Source of the DNA: Amphiscolops sp. MND2022
Lineage: Eukaryota
Direction of reading: 5' to 3'
NCBI GenBank assembly: GCA_964187785.1
Contig: OZ076409.1
Coordinates: 64,730,001-64,794,000, forward strand
Length of the DNA stretch: 64,000 nucleotides
Part shown: positions 1 through 12,880 of the stretch, piece by piece
Layout: each line of letters opens with the position of its first letter
How positions within the stretch are numbered: the first letter of the stretch is position 1
Notes under the pieces: generated by a model
Told to the model about the DNA's origin: nothing
Database searches by the model: none
What the model saw: only the letters and a program-made list of their open reading frames with translations
Translations under genes and position numbers: made by a program

Positions 1-3000
1 CGTTACTCGGACTCAACTGGATGGAAAAACTGGGGATAACAATGAAAACGGAAAATCCACAAGAAACAGTCAACCGCATAAACAAACCGGACCAAACCAA
101 CCGCAGACCGGACAAAAACATAACAATGCTGAAAAATAAGTTCCATAAACTCTTCACAAAAAACCACACCACAAAAAACGTATAAGTAGAAATTCCATTA
201 AAAGAAGGAGAGAGACTGATACAGCAAAAAGGCAAACCGACACCTACTCACTGACAACCCGCGGTGGAAAAAGAAATTGAAAAACTGAAAAAACAAGGAC
301 ACGTCAAGAAAAACAAAAAACATTGACGAAACCTCTTTGGTAAGCCCCGCGGTGATCACAATCAAAAAAGATCAATCGATAAAAATAGCATTAGATTCAA
401 GAAAAATGAACGAAATAATGATAAAGGCACAATTGACAGAAACCAATTTCGCGAATTTCCAGAAAAATAGCACATGGACCAGCACACGAAATCTGGATTG
501 CCAAATTCGATCTCGACTACGCTTACGGCCAATTACATACAACTCTCGAAGAGAACAATGGACGTATGCATCGTTGCGGTCACTGGAGGGAATGTTACCG
601 GATATTACTTTTTATTTAAAGGGTTTTACGGTCTAGCGGATATCCCAACGATACTCCTGGAAGAAATCGACCAAACATTGGATACCAAACACCCAGCTTG
701 GCTGGAGGACATGATAGTTGTAACAAAATGTTCCAAACAAAAACATATGGACGATTTGATAGATGTAATATCAAGATTACAAAACGCGGACTACCAAAGC
801 AATTCCAAGCTATTCAAAACTGAAAAGTAATGGATCGGCCATAAAATATAACAAAACTGAATTCGATCGTTACACGATGAGTTACTCGCGATCAAATAAC
901 TGAAAAAACCGGAAAACGACAAAGAACTAAAATCATTTCTGGGCGTAGTTCAGTACTTGTCCAGATACATTGAAATTTTTCAGCCCAAACGGATAGTTTG
1001 AGACAATTACTCAAAAAAGACACCGAATGGATATAGACTGAAGAATAAACAATAGCATTCGAAAATTTGGAACAAAAAACGACGAAAATACCGTGTCTGG
1101 TACACTATAATTCAAATTATCCTAACACTATAACAACGGACACAAGCACAAAAGGCCTTGGGGCCACACTATGGCAAGAACAACCGGATAGTAAAATGAG
1201 GCCAATTGGTTTAACCAGTCGCTTCCTTTCCGACACGGAAAAGAGGTATGCTATTAAGGAATTGGGGTTACTGGCGGTCGGATGGTCTGGGGACTTGAAC
1301 ATTTTCGCCTAAATACATACGGAAAACAGATCAATTTGCTTACGGATCATTAAGCACTAGAACCGCTAATTAAACAAAATCGGTCGAAAAAATCATACAT
1401 ACAGCACAAGGCTAACTAGATGGTTAGACCAATTAGTTCACTTTTCAATGAACGTGAGCCATATAGCCGGCAAACAATTAGCACTCAGGGATTATCTAGG
1501 AAGAAATCCGTTCGCACCACCGCTAGCGGATGACGGATAGCGATCAAGAATAGCTAATCAACAGCATCATACAGCACTACAAACTTAAGACCAAATGTGG
1601 TAGCCTCAGCAACCATTTGGACCAATCACAAAGCGAGATATTACGTAACGAACCGAAGCAACCCAAAACGCGTGAACAAACTGCCATTTCTGGCCCTAAT
1701 CAACCGAAAAAACTTACACAAATTCTCTTCCGACAAAAGACTATTTAAATTTGGACGCACGCACTAATGACAAAGAAATCGCGGACTCTTCCGCAGAAAC
1801 CAGAAAGTTGATTCCACGCTGGCGAAACATCGTTAAACCTGGGTTTATGGACAACCTGGTGGCCGATGGAAAAAGTACCAAGAACCCAGATTCCTTCGTA
1901 ATGACAAAAAGGTCATAGACGAGAAGTTACAGTTGGCAATTCGAAACATAAAGAACGATAAAACAGCTCAACACCAAATCTTCCAATAACAGGAAAGACG
2001 GAACGAACAATGGACAGTCGATCCATTCTGGGAGGTAGACCGTCTTTAGCGCCATCAACTACAACAAGAAGACGAACCCGGACCGTCTTCAAAACAAATA
2101 CAGTACACACCGATGGAAGAAGGCGAAAATGATTCAGAGACGGACCAAAACCCGTCAGTGCTAGAAGTGCCGGCAATCAACTGGGCCAAATATGTCGGCG
2201 TCGAAAGCGTCCAATACAAAAAAATTGGTCATGCATGCACCAAAAGTGGACGCAGAAGAGCCCAACGACTTGGAGACAACAAACGATTAGTCTCCTGAAA
2301 ACACTCATCTGCTTAGAACGGCAACAGCAAGAGATAATGCCCGAAGATAAACTGCTGTATAAGAAGAGACTGTCGACGAGATACGGGCTGGTGTTCTACG
2401 AAGACAGAATAATAGTCCCAAAGAACTTAAGGAGAACCGTCATCAGCCTCCTCCGCAAGGGTCACCCGGCCATAACAAAATGTCAATGGCGGCAAGACAC
2501 TTCTGGTGGCCACGGATCACCAAAGCCATACATAAGAAATGCGGAAGCTCCGTACCTTGCAAAATGTCCGGTAGGAACGTTAAACCTAATATACCCAGTA
2601 CAGTAAAGAACGAGCTACCAACGCTAAGTAAACCAAACTAAGAAATCCAATTGGATTTCATCGGTCCAATCACCGAAAGGAACCATAGATTTTATATTTC
2701 ATTCTCAAAGGACCTGTCAGATTTCTGGAGCAATTTATAAGTTTAAACGGCATTCCAAAAATAATTATAACGGATGAGGCGACCGCGTTTGTATAGAGAA
2801 TTTTGCGAAAAATCACCCAGCACACGATTAAACAAAACCGCTTTCGAGCTACATTATGGTCGTGAACCAAATAAGGAAATCAGTAAGTTATTAAACCTGG
2901 ACGCGTTGAAAAAAAAATGAAAAAGTGTATCTCATCGAAACCAGATAGGAAGAAGATACCCACGATAGGAAGAGGACGCCGGAAACTGATCCGCAACCTC

Positions 3001-3820
3001 CAGAATTGGGACTCAGCTGGAGGGTCTCCGCGAATAATCCAGTCACAAGCCACCACCGGACCGCTGATTAGAGAAGCGGAGAACATGACGGACGAAGAAG
3101 TAGACCGTGTTATCGAGGACACCAGGGTGGCAAACACAGAGTCACACATTACAGACAAAAAGGAAAGGTATTTCAAAATAACCATAAAAACACCATCCAA
3201 CGGGAGGAAGAAGAAAACATTAGAACAAAAAAGATGAAAATTCAGAACTAGAACTACTATGAAATCTAGTACCGAAACAGAACAAGAAACAAAAGAACAC
3301 AAACTGAGTTGATCAAAACAGTTAAAAAACGTATCCAATTGTTAGACCTAATAACCCAGTACCGTCTGATTATAGAAAAATTGTCAAAAGATTTTAACGA
3401 CAGGAAAATTGTCTTAACGACAGGAAAATGACACAGGACATCGAAGACAACAACTGACCACATTTAACAAAAGGCTTGACCGGAAGAAGCCTACAACGAC
3501 CATAATCAGGGACACAACACGGAACACCGCAGCGAAACAATGCTTGGCCCGGACAACCGCCTATACAGAGAACCACATTCCCCTATTGGCCAACTCTGGC
3601 CCAATCACGGAGGGGAATGAAGAATAAGAACAACTTAGAGGAAAAACTATTTTGAGACACTACTTTGCCATTCTGTTTATCTATTTACTAAATTAGTCTC
3701 AAGTACCTGCTACCATTTCATTATGATGTAATGCTAATCGTTCTCATTCGCAAATGATACGAAATAAAATTCAGTTTTGCTTGTAACATTATATTCTTGC
3801 ATTCTCAAGTTACAACATCA
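1..3820 (+). mobile_element. Degenerate Ty3/gypsy LTR retrotransposon (pol remnants plus 3' LTR); 5' part lies outside the window
   Basis: Frameshifted ORF fragments run in gypsy order. RT: VSPAVITIKKDQSIKIALDSRKMN, GFYGLADIP, WLEDM. RNase H: TDTSTKGLGATLWQ, RYAIKELGLLAV. Integrase: GHPAITK...FWW, IITDEATAF. A polypurine tract and LTR follow. Confidence 0.9.
3618..3820 (+). repeat. Putative 3' LTR of the gypsy element
   Basis: Directly follows the G-rich polypurine tract at ~3609-3617. Starts TGAAG, ends CATCA (TG...CA), and contains AATAAA near 3763. Confidence 0.6.
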
Positions 3821-3963
3821 GCAAACCTTAAGAACATCGCTTTTGTCTTTTTCACGCCGGAACTATGTAAAGTCACAAGGTACTTTTCATGACATTTCCA
3901 AATGAAAGGGATCTGAGCGACACAACAGCGATGTCGTATGGCGAATTGGAAAGATTTTTTTAC

Positions 3964-4438
3964 TTTTAGTCGACGCATTTTAGTGGAAAATGTGCCCGAC
4001 TCTTACAGTGGGTAGTTTTTTTAGACGCGTAAGGTCCACTTTTTTGTTCATTTGTTCAACAACTTGAACTATGTAGGTTCAAAACACTCGAACCTCAGAA
4101 GCGCGTCCAAAACGAAAAGAAAGAACAAAACACGCCCAGAACCTCGAAAATACACTAAGAATTCCACCTTAGCCCCACTTTTTTCGCACTATGCGACTTT
4201 TTTTTGAAATTTTTGGATTGCACCAAAGGGCCCCCTTCATTTCTTTCGATACTTTGCAACACAATGGATGTCAAAAAATCCCAAAGGGTCCCCCTTTTAC
4301 ATTTTCCGGCACTGTGACCATGTTCAAAAATCACATTTTCAAAAAATTTTTTAGGAAATTTTTTAAAGTCAAAAGGTCCCCCCTTTTACAATTTTAAGCT
4401 TTAGATATGGCGCCGACTTTGGCCCTTCTCGGCTAGTT
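3964..4438 (+). mobile_element. Non-autonomous Helentron/DINE-1-like element, terminal type 1 (HINE1)
   Basis: 5' end TTTT-AGTCGACGC with adjacent partial inverted repeat (CCCGACT). Internal CCAAAGGGTCCCC repeats. 3' GCGCCGACT followed by a small hairpin and GTT. Confidence 0.75.
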
Positions 4439-4670
4439 TAAGCTTTAAAAAGGGCGCCGACGTGGTGTATGATCTTATTTTTTCAGGAAACACTTTTCAG
4501 GATCTCATTTTTGGATAATGTTTTCGCCATTTCAATAACTTCGACCAAAATCTGAGTACTCTTTTTGCTAATAACATTTCCGTCAAACGTTTTAAAATGA
4601 AAAGCGTCGGAAAATAAAACTTTCGCTGAGAACGTGACATAATAGCCAATGTTTTAGTGTCACTTAGACT

Positions 4671-4794
4671 GTTTTGGCATTGGCTTACTTGGCATTGGCT
4701 TATTTGGCATTGGCTTTTTGGGCATTGGCTAATTTGGCATATTGGATATTATGACATTGGCGATTTTGACCTTGGTTATTTTGTCCTGTCACCC
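4671..4794. repeat. 15-bp tandem array (TTTGGCATTGGCTWA-like) ending GTCACCC; likely the terminal repeat of a Mutator/foldback-type MITE
   Basis: Visible 15-bp periodicity; same architecture as the TIRs at 12347, 26363, 31040 and 31453. Confidence 0.55.
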
Positions 4795-5216
4795 CTTTCT
4801 ATACTATTTTATCTTGTTCCAAACAGCAATGTTTGGTATTTTGGACAATAATATCAAAACACTAGGGTAATTTTTTGCCTGATGTGTCAAAAGAGTTGTA
4901 GAGACAACCCTCTAAGTATTTAAATTCATACTATATTCTCTAATTAGTGAAATATTTTTTATTCAAGAACAAAATGTGCTTTTGTGTTGGGGGGGGGGGG
5001 GGTGGAATTCCCAACAAGGGGGGTGGAATTGAACACATGGTCCTATGTTTGAATTTCTTTAAAACAAGAAGTCAAGTGAGTTTTTTTGCTGAGAAGGGTT
5101 TTTTCACTACTTGAGCTTAAGCAGGGGGCCAATTCAAGCCTTTCCCAGCTGTTTGTACTGAAAGGTTGCTTCAAGACTAAAAACGTTCCAAATCGGTTGA
5201 ACAATTGTTGAACAAT

Positions 5217-5282
5217 TGAAGATTTTTATTCATCTTTTCAAACTGATTTAAATCAGTTTGAAAAGATGAATAAAAATCTTCA
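5217..5282. repeat. Perfect 66-bp palindrome with no spacer
   Basis: TGAAGATTTTTATTCATCTTTTCAAACTGATTT is immediately followed by its exact reverse complement. Confidence 0.95.
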
Positions 5283-5484
5283 TATATTTCTCTCTTGAAA
5301 CCATTTTGGCCAGCCAACTTTGGAAGTGATATAATATGAAATCTAATGTTAATATATTTAGGTATCTAATATTTAATATCTGAAATATATTTAACATCTA
5401 ATATTTAAGTAAAAGAATGTATAAAAATTTTGAAGTTCATCAATTGTGTATTGAATTATATTATGTGAATGAGATTTAGCGTAC

Positions 5485-5696
5485 CAGCAACAGGACTTGT
5501 GTAGATATGGATCCTTTCTAATGTTTCAGCTGCACGTCTCGTGCGATTCTGGCTTTCCTCGCCTTTCAGGATGTTTGCGTGTTGCGCCTTAGCCAAGCAT
5601 ATCGCCACAGCCATTATAATCACCAATGTAATGAAAATGGCCGTCGACAAAATCCACTGCATCCGAGTCATGCGAATCAGCGGCCTCATTGAATCC
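5485..5696 (-). CDS. Candidate coding exon B of an unidentified type II membrane or secreted protein (TM segment plus furin site)
   Basis: Acceptor tatgcttttaAG and donor G|GTACGC. Encodes the hydrophobic stretch WILSTAIFITLVIIMAVAICLA followed by RTRR. In frame with exon A. Confidence 0.55.
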
Positions 5697-6182
5697 CTTA
5701 AAAGCATAGAGAACTTTTTGTTGGAGGCCTATTTCTCTACCAAAAGGTTTCTATAATGTTGCTCACAAATTTGGATTCCATTGGACTGAAATAATCGAGT
5801 TTCAAAACAAAAAACAGTTATTCTAACGCTATAGAACTGTCTCTAACTATAAACCCAACTTAAATGGGGCTAGCTCTTTTTTACCCCCACCTTGGAGAAT
5901 TTTTTTGAATGTTTTCTAACTGTTCAGAAAAGAACCAAAATAGGATGGTTGCCGATGTCATTGAATGCTACCATAAGAATTACATCATTTTCAGATTTCA
6001 TGTAAACAACTTGTTTCAATTTCACAATGTGTATGCCCAATGCAGTCAATGATTATTGTGTATACTATACATGTGTTTGATCATACTATAATTAGCAGCA
6101 ATCACACAGTGTTTATTGTGGTTGTTGTGATTAGCCTGCTTTTGTAAGAAGCAAACCCGGGTTTTCATACGCACGTACTTAC

Positions 6183-6403
6183 TTTTTGATTGTGTAAGGG
6201 AACGTAATTTTTTGTGCACCTGTGGGGGGCAATCGTCTCCTAACTCCCCCCTGGATGGTTTTGGTTGGGTCATCAATAGGCGCAGAGGAATAGAGTTTGA
6301 ACCTGGCCTCGCTGACAGTCAAACTGGTTTCGTCTTCTCCCCACCGGGAACTAGCTGATGTCTGAGTGCGTAAGTCGTAGTAGTCGCTTCTGCGGGTGTA
6401 CAT
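6183..6403 (-). CDS. Candidate coding exon A (N-terminal hydrophilic region) of the same gene
   Basis: Acceptor ttgcAG two bases before the ATG at 6403. Open frame MYTRRSDYY...PYTIK. Strong phase-2 donor AA|GTAAGT joins exon B in frame (K-D-S-M). Confidence 0.5.
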
Positions 6404-7348
6404 AACTGCAACATACATGTACATATGTGTCCAGTCAAGAAAGACGATGTAACGTTTTCCTCACCCCCCAACAACAAACTAATGTAATTAGACCTGTTAA
6501 ACATTGTTTAACATTATATTGAGTGAATTTTTTAGATGTACAATTAGTTTTGATATGGTGTGGGTGCAAAAGGAAAATTCCTCCGACTCCGAAATTAGGA
6601 ATCTGTAGACTATTTCAAAGCGATACACATCCAAGAGGAAGCGTTTATCCATAAAAAGTTGTTTTTAATGGGAAAAACTGTGGAAATGCGTTTCAGCATT
6701 TCCAATATTGTCAAACTTATATTTTCGTAGGTGTAATGTATGCTATCTAAAAATCAATATCAATTTATTTCCCTAAAAATGAACAAATTACTCCCATGAA
6801 AGGGGTAGAAAAAAAACAAAACTGCCTTTAGAAACACTAAGCATTCAAATAATGGCAATTTAATATGTTTTTTTGCAAGAACGAAACGTTCCAAAATATT
6901 CCTGGAAGCTGTCTCTTATTCGCTTGGAGGGTGTTTTGCCACCAAGTACGAAGTGCAAGTATTTACAGGCTGAAATAGATAACCAAAACAGTGCAAGAAT
7001 CTGGATCTCTAAGGCAGTTCCAAAATGGGCTGTAACGACGTAATGATTCAGGTTGTTAAATTAATAGCGATCAAAACTTCAAGGTCTGATAAACAGCAAT
7101 GACTGAAAAACTGTTTTAAAGTAGTCAATGGGTTTGTATGTAACGGCGAAATTAATATACGTCATTCCTTTTCGAGATTTCATTGATTGGCTGCAATTTC
7201 AGTCGAGTTAGTTATGAGCTTGTTGTATCTAATGCTATTCTCACTGAAATGATATGTAACAATTTGAATCCTTTAGGACAAAGCAAAAAATGCGTCCTTC
7301 AACTGAAAGAAATATTGTTTCTTCATTTAAACGAACGCAAAGTTCTAT

Positions 7349-7850
7349 TTTTAGTCGGCGCTTCATGAAGTGAAACGCGACTATACCAGTGACTTTTTTC
7401 AATCCACACGAACTGACAGAAATAGTTCTACAAAGTTCAACGAAAGTTAAAGGTGTCAAATTGGACCATTTGGCACAATGAACTGAAATATAAAAGTTTT
7501 TTTTTCAGCGTAACATACGATACCGGGCGAGGCTAAAGGGTCCCCGTTTCAGTTTTGTTTTCGGCATTGTGAGACTTTTTTGGAGAAATTTTTTCTCCAA
7601 AAGGTCCCCGCTTCAACTTTTTTGATGTTTTGCGACAGAATTGATGTTGGTAAACCCAAAAAGGTCAGCCCTTTCAGTTTTTTAATTGTGAGACTTTTAA
7701 AAGATTTTTAATTTCTCCCCCGGCGCGCCAATTTGGTCCAATTTTTTGGGTTTTTCGGGTACTGTAAAAGAGAATACTTGACACTTTGAAGTCTTTTTGC
7801 TATTTTTGAGCCGTAGATATGGCGCCGACTTGGGCCGTTCCGGACTTGTT
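7349..7850 (+). mobile_element. HINE1 non-autonomous Helentron-like element
   Basis: TTTT-AGTCGGCGC ... GCGCCGACT-TGGGCCGTTCCGGACTTGTT with internal AAAGGGTCCCC repeats. Confidence 0.8.
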
Positions 7851-7939
7851 CACCTTTCACGAGTGCACATTTTTTGAATCCTATATCACTATATCACATA
7901 CCAAGATATAATACCAAGTTTGCAGCCCAGTATTCGAGC

Positions 7940-8230
7940 AAACAATTGCCTGAAGCTGTGATTCCGAAGTAACTTGCTAAAGGGCAAACACGTCAAACTG
8001 CTCCCCGTTGTTAAAAAAATCTTTCTTATTTCCGTTGACTGCGTTGGTTTAGTCAAGACTATAGAACTAGGGTAGAGATAAGCTTGAAGACTTGCCTACG
8101 GCACAACGAAGCTCATTTGAAGAGTTGGAACACGATATCGCCAACGCTCTAACTTTTCAGTATAATCTCTCATGTGATGCTTCCTGTTAGTTTCAGTATT
8201 AGCCTAACGGCTTCACTTTTTTGGGTAAAA
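7940..8230 (-). mobile_element. Possible highly decayed Penelope-like RT remnant
   Basis: Minus-strand translation gives RALAISCSNSSNELR, resembling the RAxxICS...EL motif of PLE reverse transcriptases. Broken by stops. Confidence 0.25.
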
Positions 8231-11200
8231 GAACGCCGAAGGAATACAGTCCGGTGTTATAAGAAAGGAACCCTCGTTTGATAATTAAGTTTGGAACCCA
8301 TCATGAAATTGCGAATTTCTCCAAAACTGTCGAACTAAAATATGTAATAATACGTCCGCTGAGCAGCGAGATAGTTTCCGCCCCAAACTGTTCTACAATT
8401 GAATATATTTGAGGCTCAAGAATAGCCAATGCACTATAAAAACGCAAAGAACTTCGAAGAAAGGAACGCTTTGATTTATCTTAGCCCATTTTAAAGGCAA
8501 CCCCTATTTATAATTTCTGCGACAACTGGTCACTTTTCCTTTTTTCGCCACTATATGACTTACCGAGAAAAGAGAAAAATTTCAATAAATTTTTTGGAAA
8601 TAATATTCGAAAAACGTATTTTGCAATTTTTAGTTTTGAGGTTTTTCGGTAGAGGAAATAGGTTACCCGAGTCTTGAGGGTGACTTCTGTGTTACTTTTG
8701 ATCATATGGAACTGACGAGGTTTCTTCTTGATAGTTGAAGTTACCTCATTTCAGTTTTTTCGACCCTGTGCGTCTTTCCGAAACTCGTTTCCCCATCATA
8801 GAACTTTACTGGAAAAAAAATCAAAAAATTGGAGTTTCCGTGATTCCTGTTGGGGCAAAAGTGGTTTCCTAGTCTCAGGCGTATTACTTGAGGTAATTTT
8901 TAGCACTAATAAAATGGTAAAAGCTCGAAAAAAGTCTTGTGCAAATTTAGGAAAATTGAGCGATCCCAGATTTTTATATTATTGCATACAGTTTCATCAG
9001 AAGTGTCAAAGGCTGGGAATAGTTTTGACAACTTTGGGGTCAATTTGAGGAACTTTTCTAACACGAATCTACTGATTTTTCTTGAAAATTAAGCCTACTG
9101 TACACCGAGTTTAGCTGTTGTTGAATCTTTATTTTTTTCTAAGCCATGAAGTAGCTTGAAGCATCTTCTTTTGGAAGGTGTACTCCATATCTAGTAATTT
9201 TGCTTAGAGGTTTTTGAATCACATATATTGGATGAAGGAGGTCGAAATTTACGTTTTCAAGTCAAGTTTTTGAAAGTTGGGCAAATAAACTTGTCTGATA
9301 TCTTCTCGAAACGCTATTGGTAGCTACAAGTTTCAATCCTGAGCCTTTGGTTTTCTGATAGAAGTAAATTTTTGGAAACGGTCCAAGTTTCAGACTTTGT
9401 TGTTGAAAATAAAGGAAGTTTGGAATCTTTGACACCTTGTTTGTAACTTCGATGAGCTTCAACCCACTTTTCCCCAATTGCGTTTTGAATACTTTATTGT
9501 TTCAACGCTCATGTCATTGGAAGTTCTCCTTTCAAAAACTTTGGTGGTTTGAATAAAAATTGGGATTAGTTTGTCAAACAACGTGTTTTTATTGTTTCGT
9601 AGATTTTTGGTGGTTTTTGAGTCCAATTTCAACAACAAAATGCAGTTATCTCTTCACAATTGCCACCCTACTGGAAATATCCCCATTAGTCATTGTTGAG
9701 TTGTAAAAACTGTTTTATGCAAGGAAGTAGCTCAAAAATTGTGCAACAAAAAACTGCCTGAAAATGTTTCAAAAAATTTGAAAACTCTTAGTTTTTGCAA
9801 TATTTGGGTCTTTCTGAGAAAACTTTCGACCATAAAAAAAGTCAAATATTTTTGAATAACGCGCGTCGGACCTAATTTTATCTTCTGGAGCATTTCAAAG
9901 CTTTCATCATACCGACGTTTTCCAATCTCAAATAACAATTCAACGAAAATGACGAAAATATACCAAAATTTTGACATTTTCGATGTTTTGCAGACAATTG
10001 TCAGCCATTTTCCAACTGGAGTCTGCGAACATTCATTTAAAAGCTTACTGGAGTTCAATCTTTGTTGATTGTTTGCCACCATTCTGACCCCAAGACGATT
10101 CAAAAAGTACACAAGTTGCACAAAAACGAAGATATTGATAATTTTCGATTCATTTGGAGTCATCCTGAAGTGTTTTTGAAGCTACACGCTGCTACGATCT
10201 CTTCAAAAAATGTAATGCATACCTGGTTCTTTCTTGTTGGGTTGATTTTGTTGGAATTTAGAACGGTATCTCCTGAAAATGTACAGAAACTGAAAAGATT
10301 TTCGAGGGTCAATTTGTGCATTTTTCTATTACAAGTTGAACTTATCTTGTGACGGAAGCTAATCAAAACAACAAATTTGCCCATGTTTTAGGCGTTTTAA
10401 ATTTCTAGTCCACGAAGTCTATCGATATTTTGACAAAAATTGAACAAAAATCGTGAAAAATGGAAGTATGTCGAAATTTTGTCATTTCCGATGTCAATTG
10501 CGGACAGTTTTGGTATAAAAAACTGCCTTCATCTCTTTTCAAAAGATACTGGACAACACACTTTTTCGTTGATGACTTTTTTCAACGTTCCAATTCACAA
10601 AGTCAGTCAAAAATAAAAATTTTGAAAAATGCACAAAATCTTACAAAATTAGGTAAAATTTGAGTTTTTCTGTTGGGTGTCGTTTTAAGACATTTTCATA
10701 CAGAACATTGCAATTATCTCTTCATTAAAAACTACTAGACAGCTTTCCAATCCACTAAGTCTGTCTAAACTCTATCAAAAAATGCATAAAAACTTTGAAA
10801 ATTGAAAAATTTTGAGTTTTGTTTCCGGTGTCAATTTGAGACAATATTACTTAGAAAAACTTCAATCAACTATTCGTAAAAGCCTACTGAACAACACATT
10901 CTTTCCTTGTTGACCTTTTTCAAAATTCCCATTCACAAAGTCTGTCGAAAAATCGGGAAAAAATGCATAAACTTTTCGAAAAAAGGGAAACTTTTGGGAT
11001 TTTTGTCATTTTCGGCGTAAATTTGAGCTTTTTTCATTTAGAAAGCAGCAATGTTTTCTCCGGAAAGGCCTACTTGACAACAAATTGGTGCCATTTTCAG
11101 CGTTTTCAACAAACTAATCTACAAAGTCTGTCAACAAAGTGACAAAATTGCACAAAAACAATAAAATTGAAAGAATTTTTTGCATTTTGTTGTTTTTAAG

Positions 11201-12558
11201 TCTTTGTCTTTCAAAAAATCCGTATTCATCTCTTCATAAACGACTACTGAACAACGAATTTTAGCCTTGTTGATTCTTTTCAACATTGTAATTCACGACA
11301 TGTAACAAAAAATTGACAAAAAATGCATCAAAAGCTAAAAAATTGGAAACTTTTGCAATTTTTTTGGGGTCATTTTTGGGTCACTCTGGGGTCCTTGGTG
11401 TCAACTAAAAATGTCCAGAACTCTCGACAAATACAAATCGCACGAAGCTGAATTTTTGTGAGATGAATTCTATGGGTAGCACCCTTAAAATTAATTATAA
11501 ATTTGGGCGGATATTAACAATAAGAGAGCTGGACACGGATGAGAAAACCGTTTTCAAAAACTTTGAACACACTTTCGCAAGACAACTTTATTGATATAAA
11601 ACATTTCCCAGAATAATGAAATGTCACAGCAAACTGCAGAAAAGATTCCAAATAGAGTAATATTTCTTCTTTGAATGAAGCAAAAAACTTTGTTTGAGGT
11701 TTTTTGTGCAGTGTCAATGACGAGCAATGCGAAAAAAAGACAAAAACGCAGACTAAAAACGGTGCATGCCAATTTGAACGTTATCCTCTTTCTCCCCAAT
11801 TGCGTTTTGAATACCTTATTGTTCAAACGCTCAGGTCATTGGAAGTTCTATTCTTCAAAAATTTTCGTGATTTGAACAAAAATGAGATTAGTTTGTCAAC
11901 CAACGTGCTTTTTTGTTGTTTCATAAAACTTTGGGTGTTTTAGAGACCAATTCCATCAAAAAATGCAGTTATTTCTTCAAAATTGTCTACTATAGATACC
12001 CGGATTAGTCATTGTTGAGTTTTAAACCATTTTATGCAAGGAAGTAGCTCAAAAAAGTACAAAAAACTGCCCAAAAATGTTAGAATAAAAGTGGATAATT
12101 CTGTCGTGGAAAACGTGCTTGGAACCTTGTTTTAGCATTTGGAGTTTTGCATACCTCGTTCTTTCGTTGTTTAGTTGATTGTGTTGGAACGTAGATCGAA
12201 ATCTTTTGGAAAATGTACCGAAATTGCATCAAAATCGACAAAAACTTCAAATTTTTCCACAGTCAGGGTCAATTTGATTTGAGGCATTTTTATTTTACAA
12301 ATTGAACTTATTTCGGACTAAAGCTCACCAAAACAACTAATTTGCCGGGAAATGGTCTTTTCGCCTAATGCCATTTCGCCTAAAGTCATTTCGCCTAACG
12401 TGTTTGGTCACTTCGCCTAATTTTTTTAGGCGAAACGTCTTTTACTTTGGTCACTTCGCCTAATTTTTTTTTCAGAAACGTGAAAAACACATGAAATTGG
12501 AAAACAAATAAATCGTTTAAGATCTAAAACTAAAAAGTGATATAAAATAGAAAACGTG

Positions 12559-12743
12559 CCTCGGATATGTCCCATTCCTTCTAGTGCCCCGCGGCCCCTT
12601 GGGGCCGCTTATGTTCCATCTTGCTAAGCGAGGTCGAACAGGAGCAAAGACCTAGCGGGAACGGAGATCGCGAAGCGATCGTAGTGGGAGCTGGTCTTTG
12701 CGACGGTGAGGGCGAGTGTGCATACACCGCATATGCCCCACAT
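12559..12743. other. GC-rich structured cassette A (copy 1 of 3)
   Basis: Near-identical to 31672-31860 and 32646-32834. Hairpins GCGGCCCC-TT-GGGGCCGC and GATCGC-GAA-GCGATC; long stem GCAAAGACC/GGTCTTTGC. Confidence 0.75.
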
Positions 12744-12880
12744 TTTGATATTTTCGCTTTCAGAAAGCCTTTTTCGAAACATGATCATTTAGACGTTATT
12801 CCCGTTTGGTCAGTAGTAGTAGTAGTAGTAAAAGACTCAATTCCTTTTTAAAGGGTGATACGACATCAAATTGTAATGAG

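Noticed and set aside
4657..4851. Trp/His-repeat ORF (WHWLTWHWLIWHW)
   Set aside because: It is a translation of a 15-bp transposon terminal array, not a protein.
4989..5030. Poly-G run with a repeated GGTGGAATT, possible G-quadruplex
   Set aside because: Homopolymer length is unreliable and it lies in decayed repeat sequence, with no functional evidence.
12621..12851. ORF MLSEVEQEQRPSG... conserved in three places
   Set aside because: Conservation reflects the repeated non-coding cassette A; frames and ends differ between copies.
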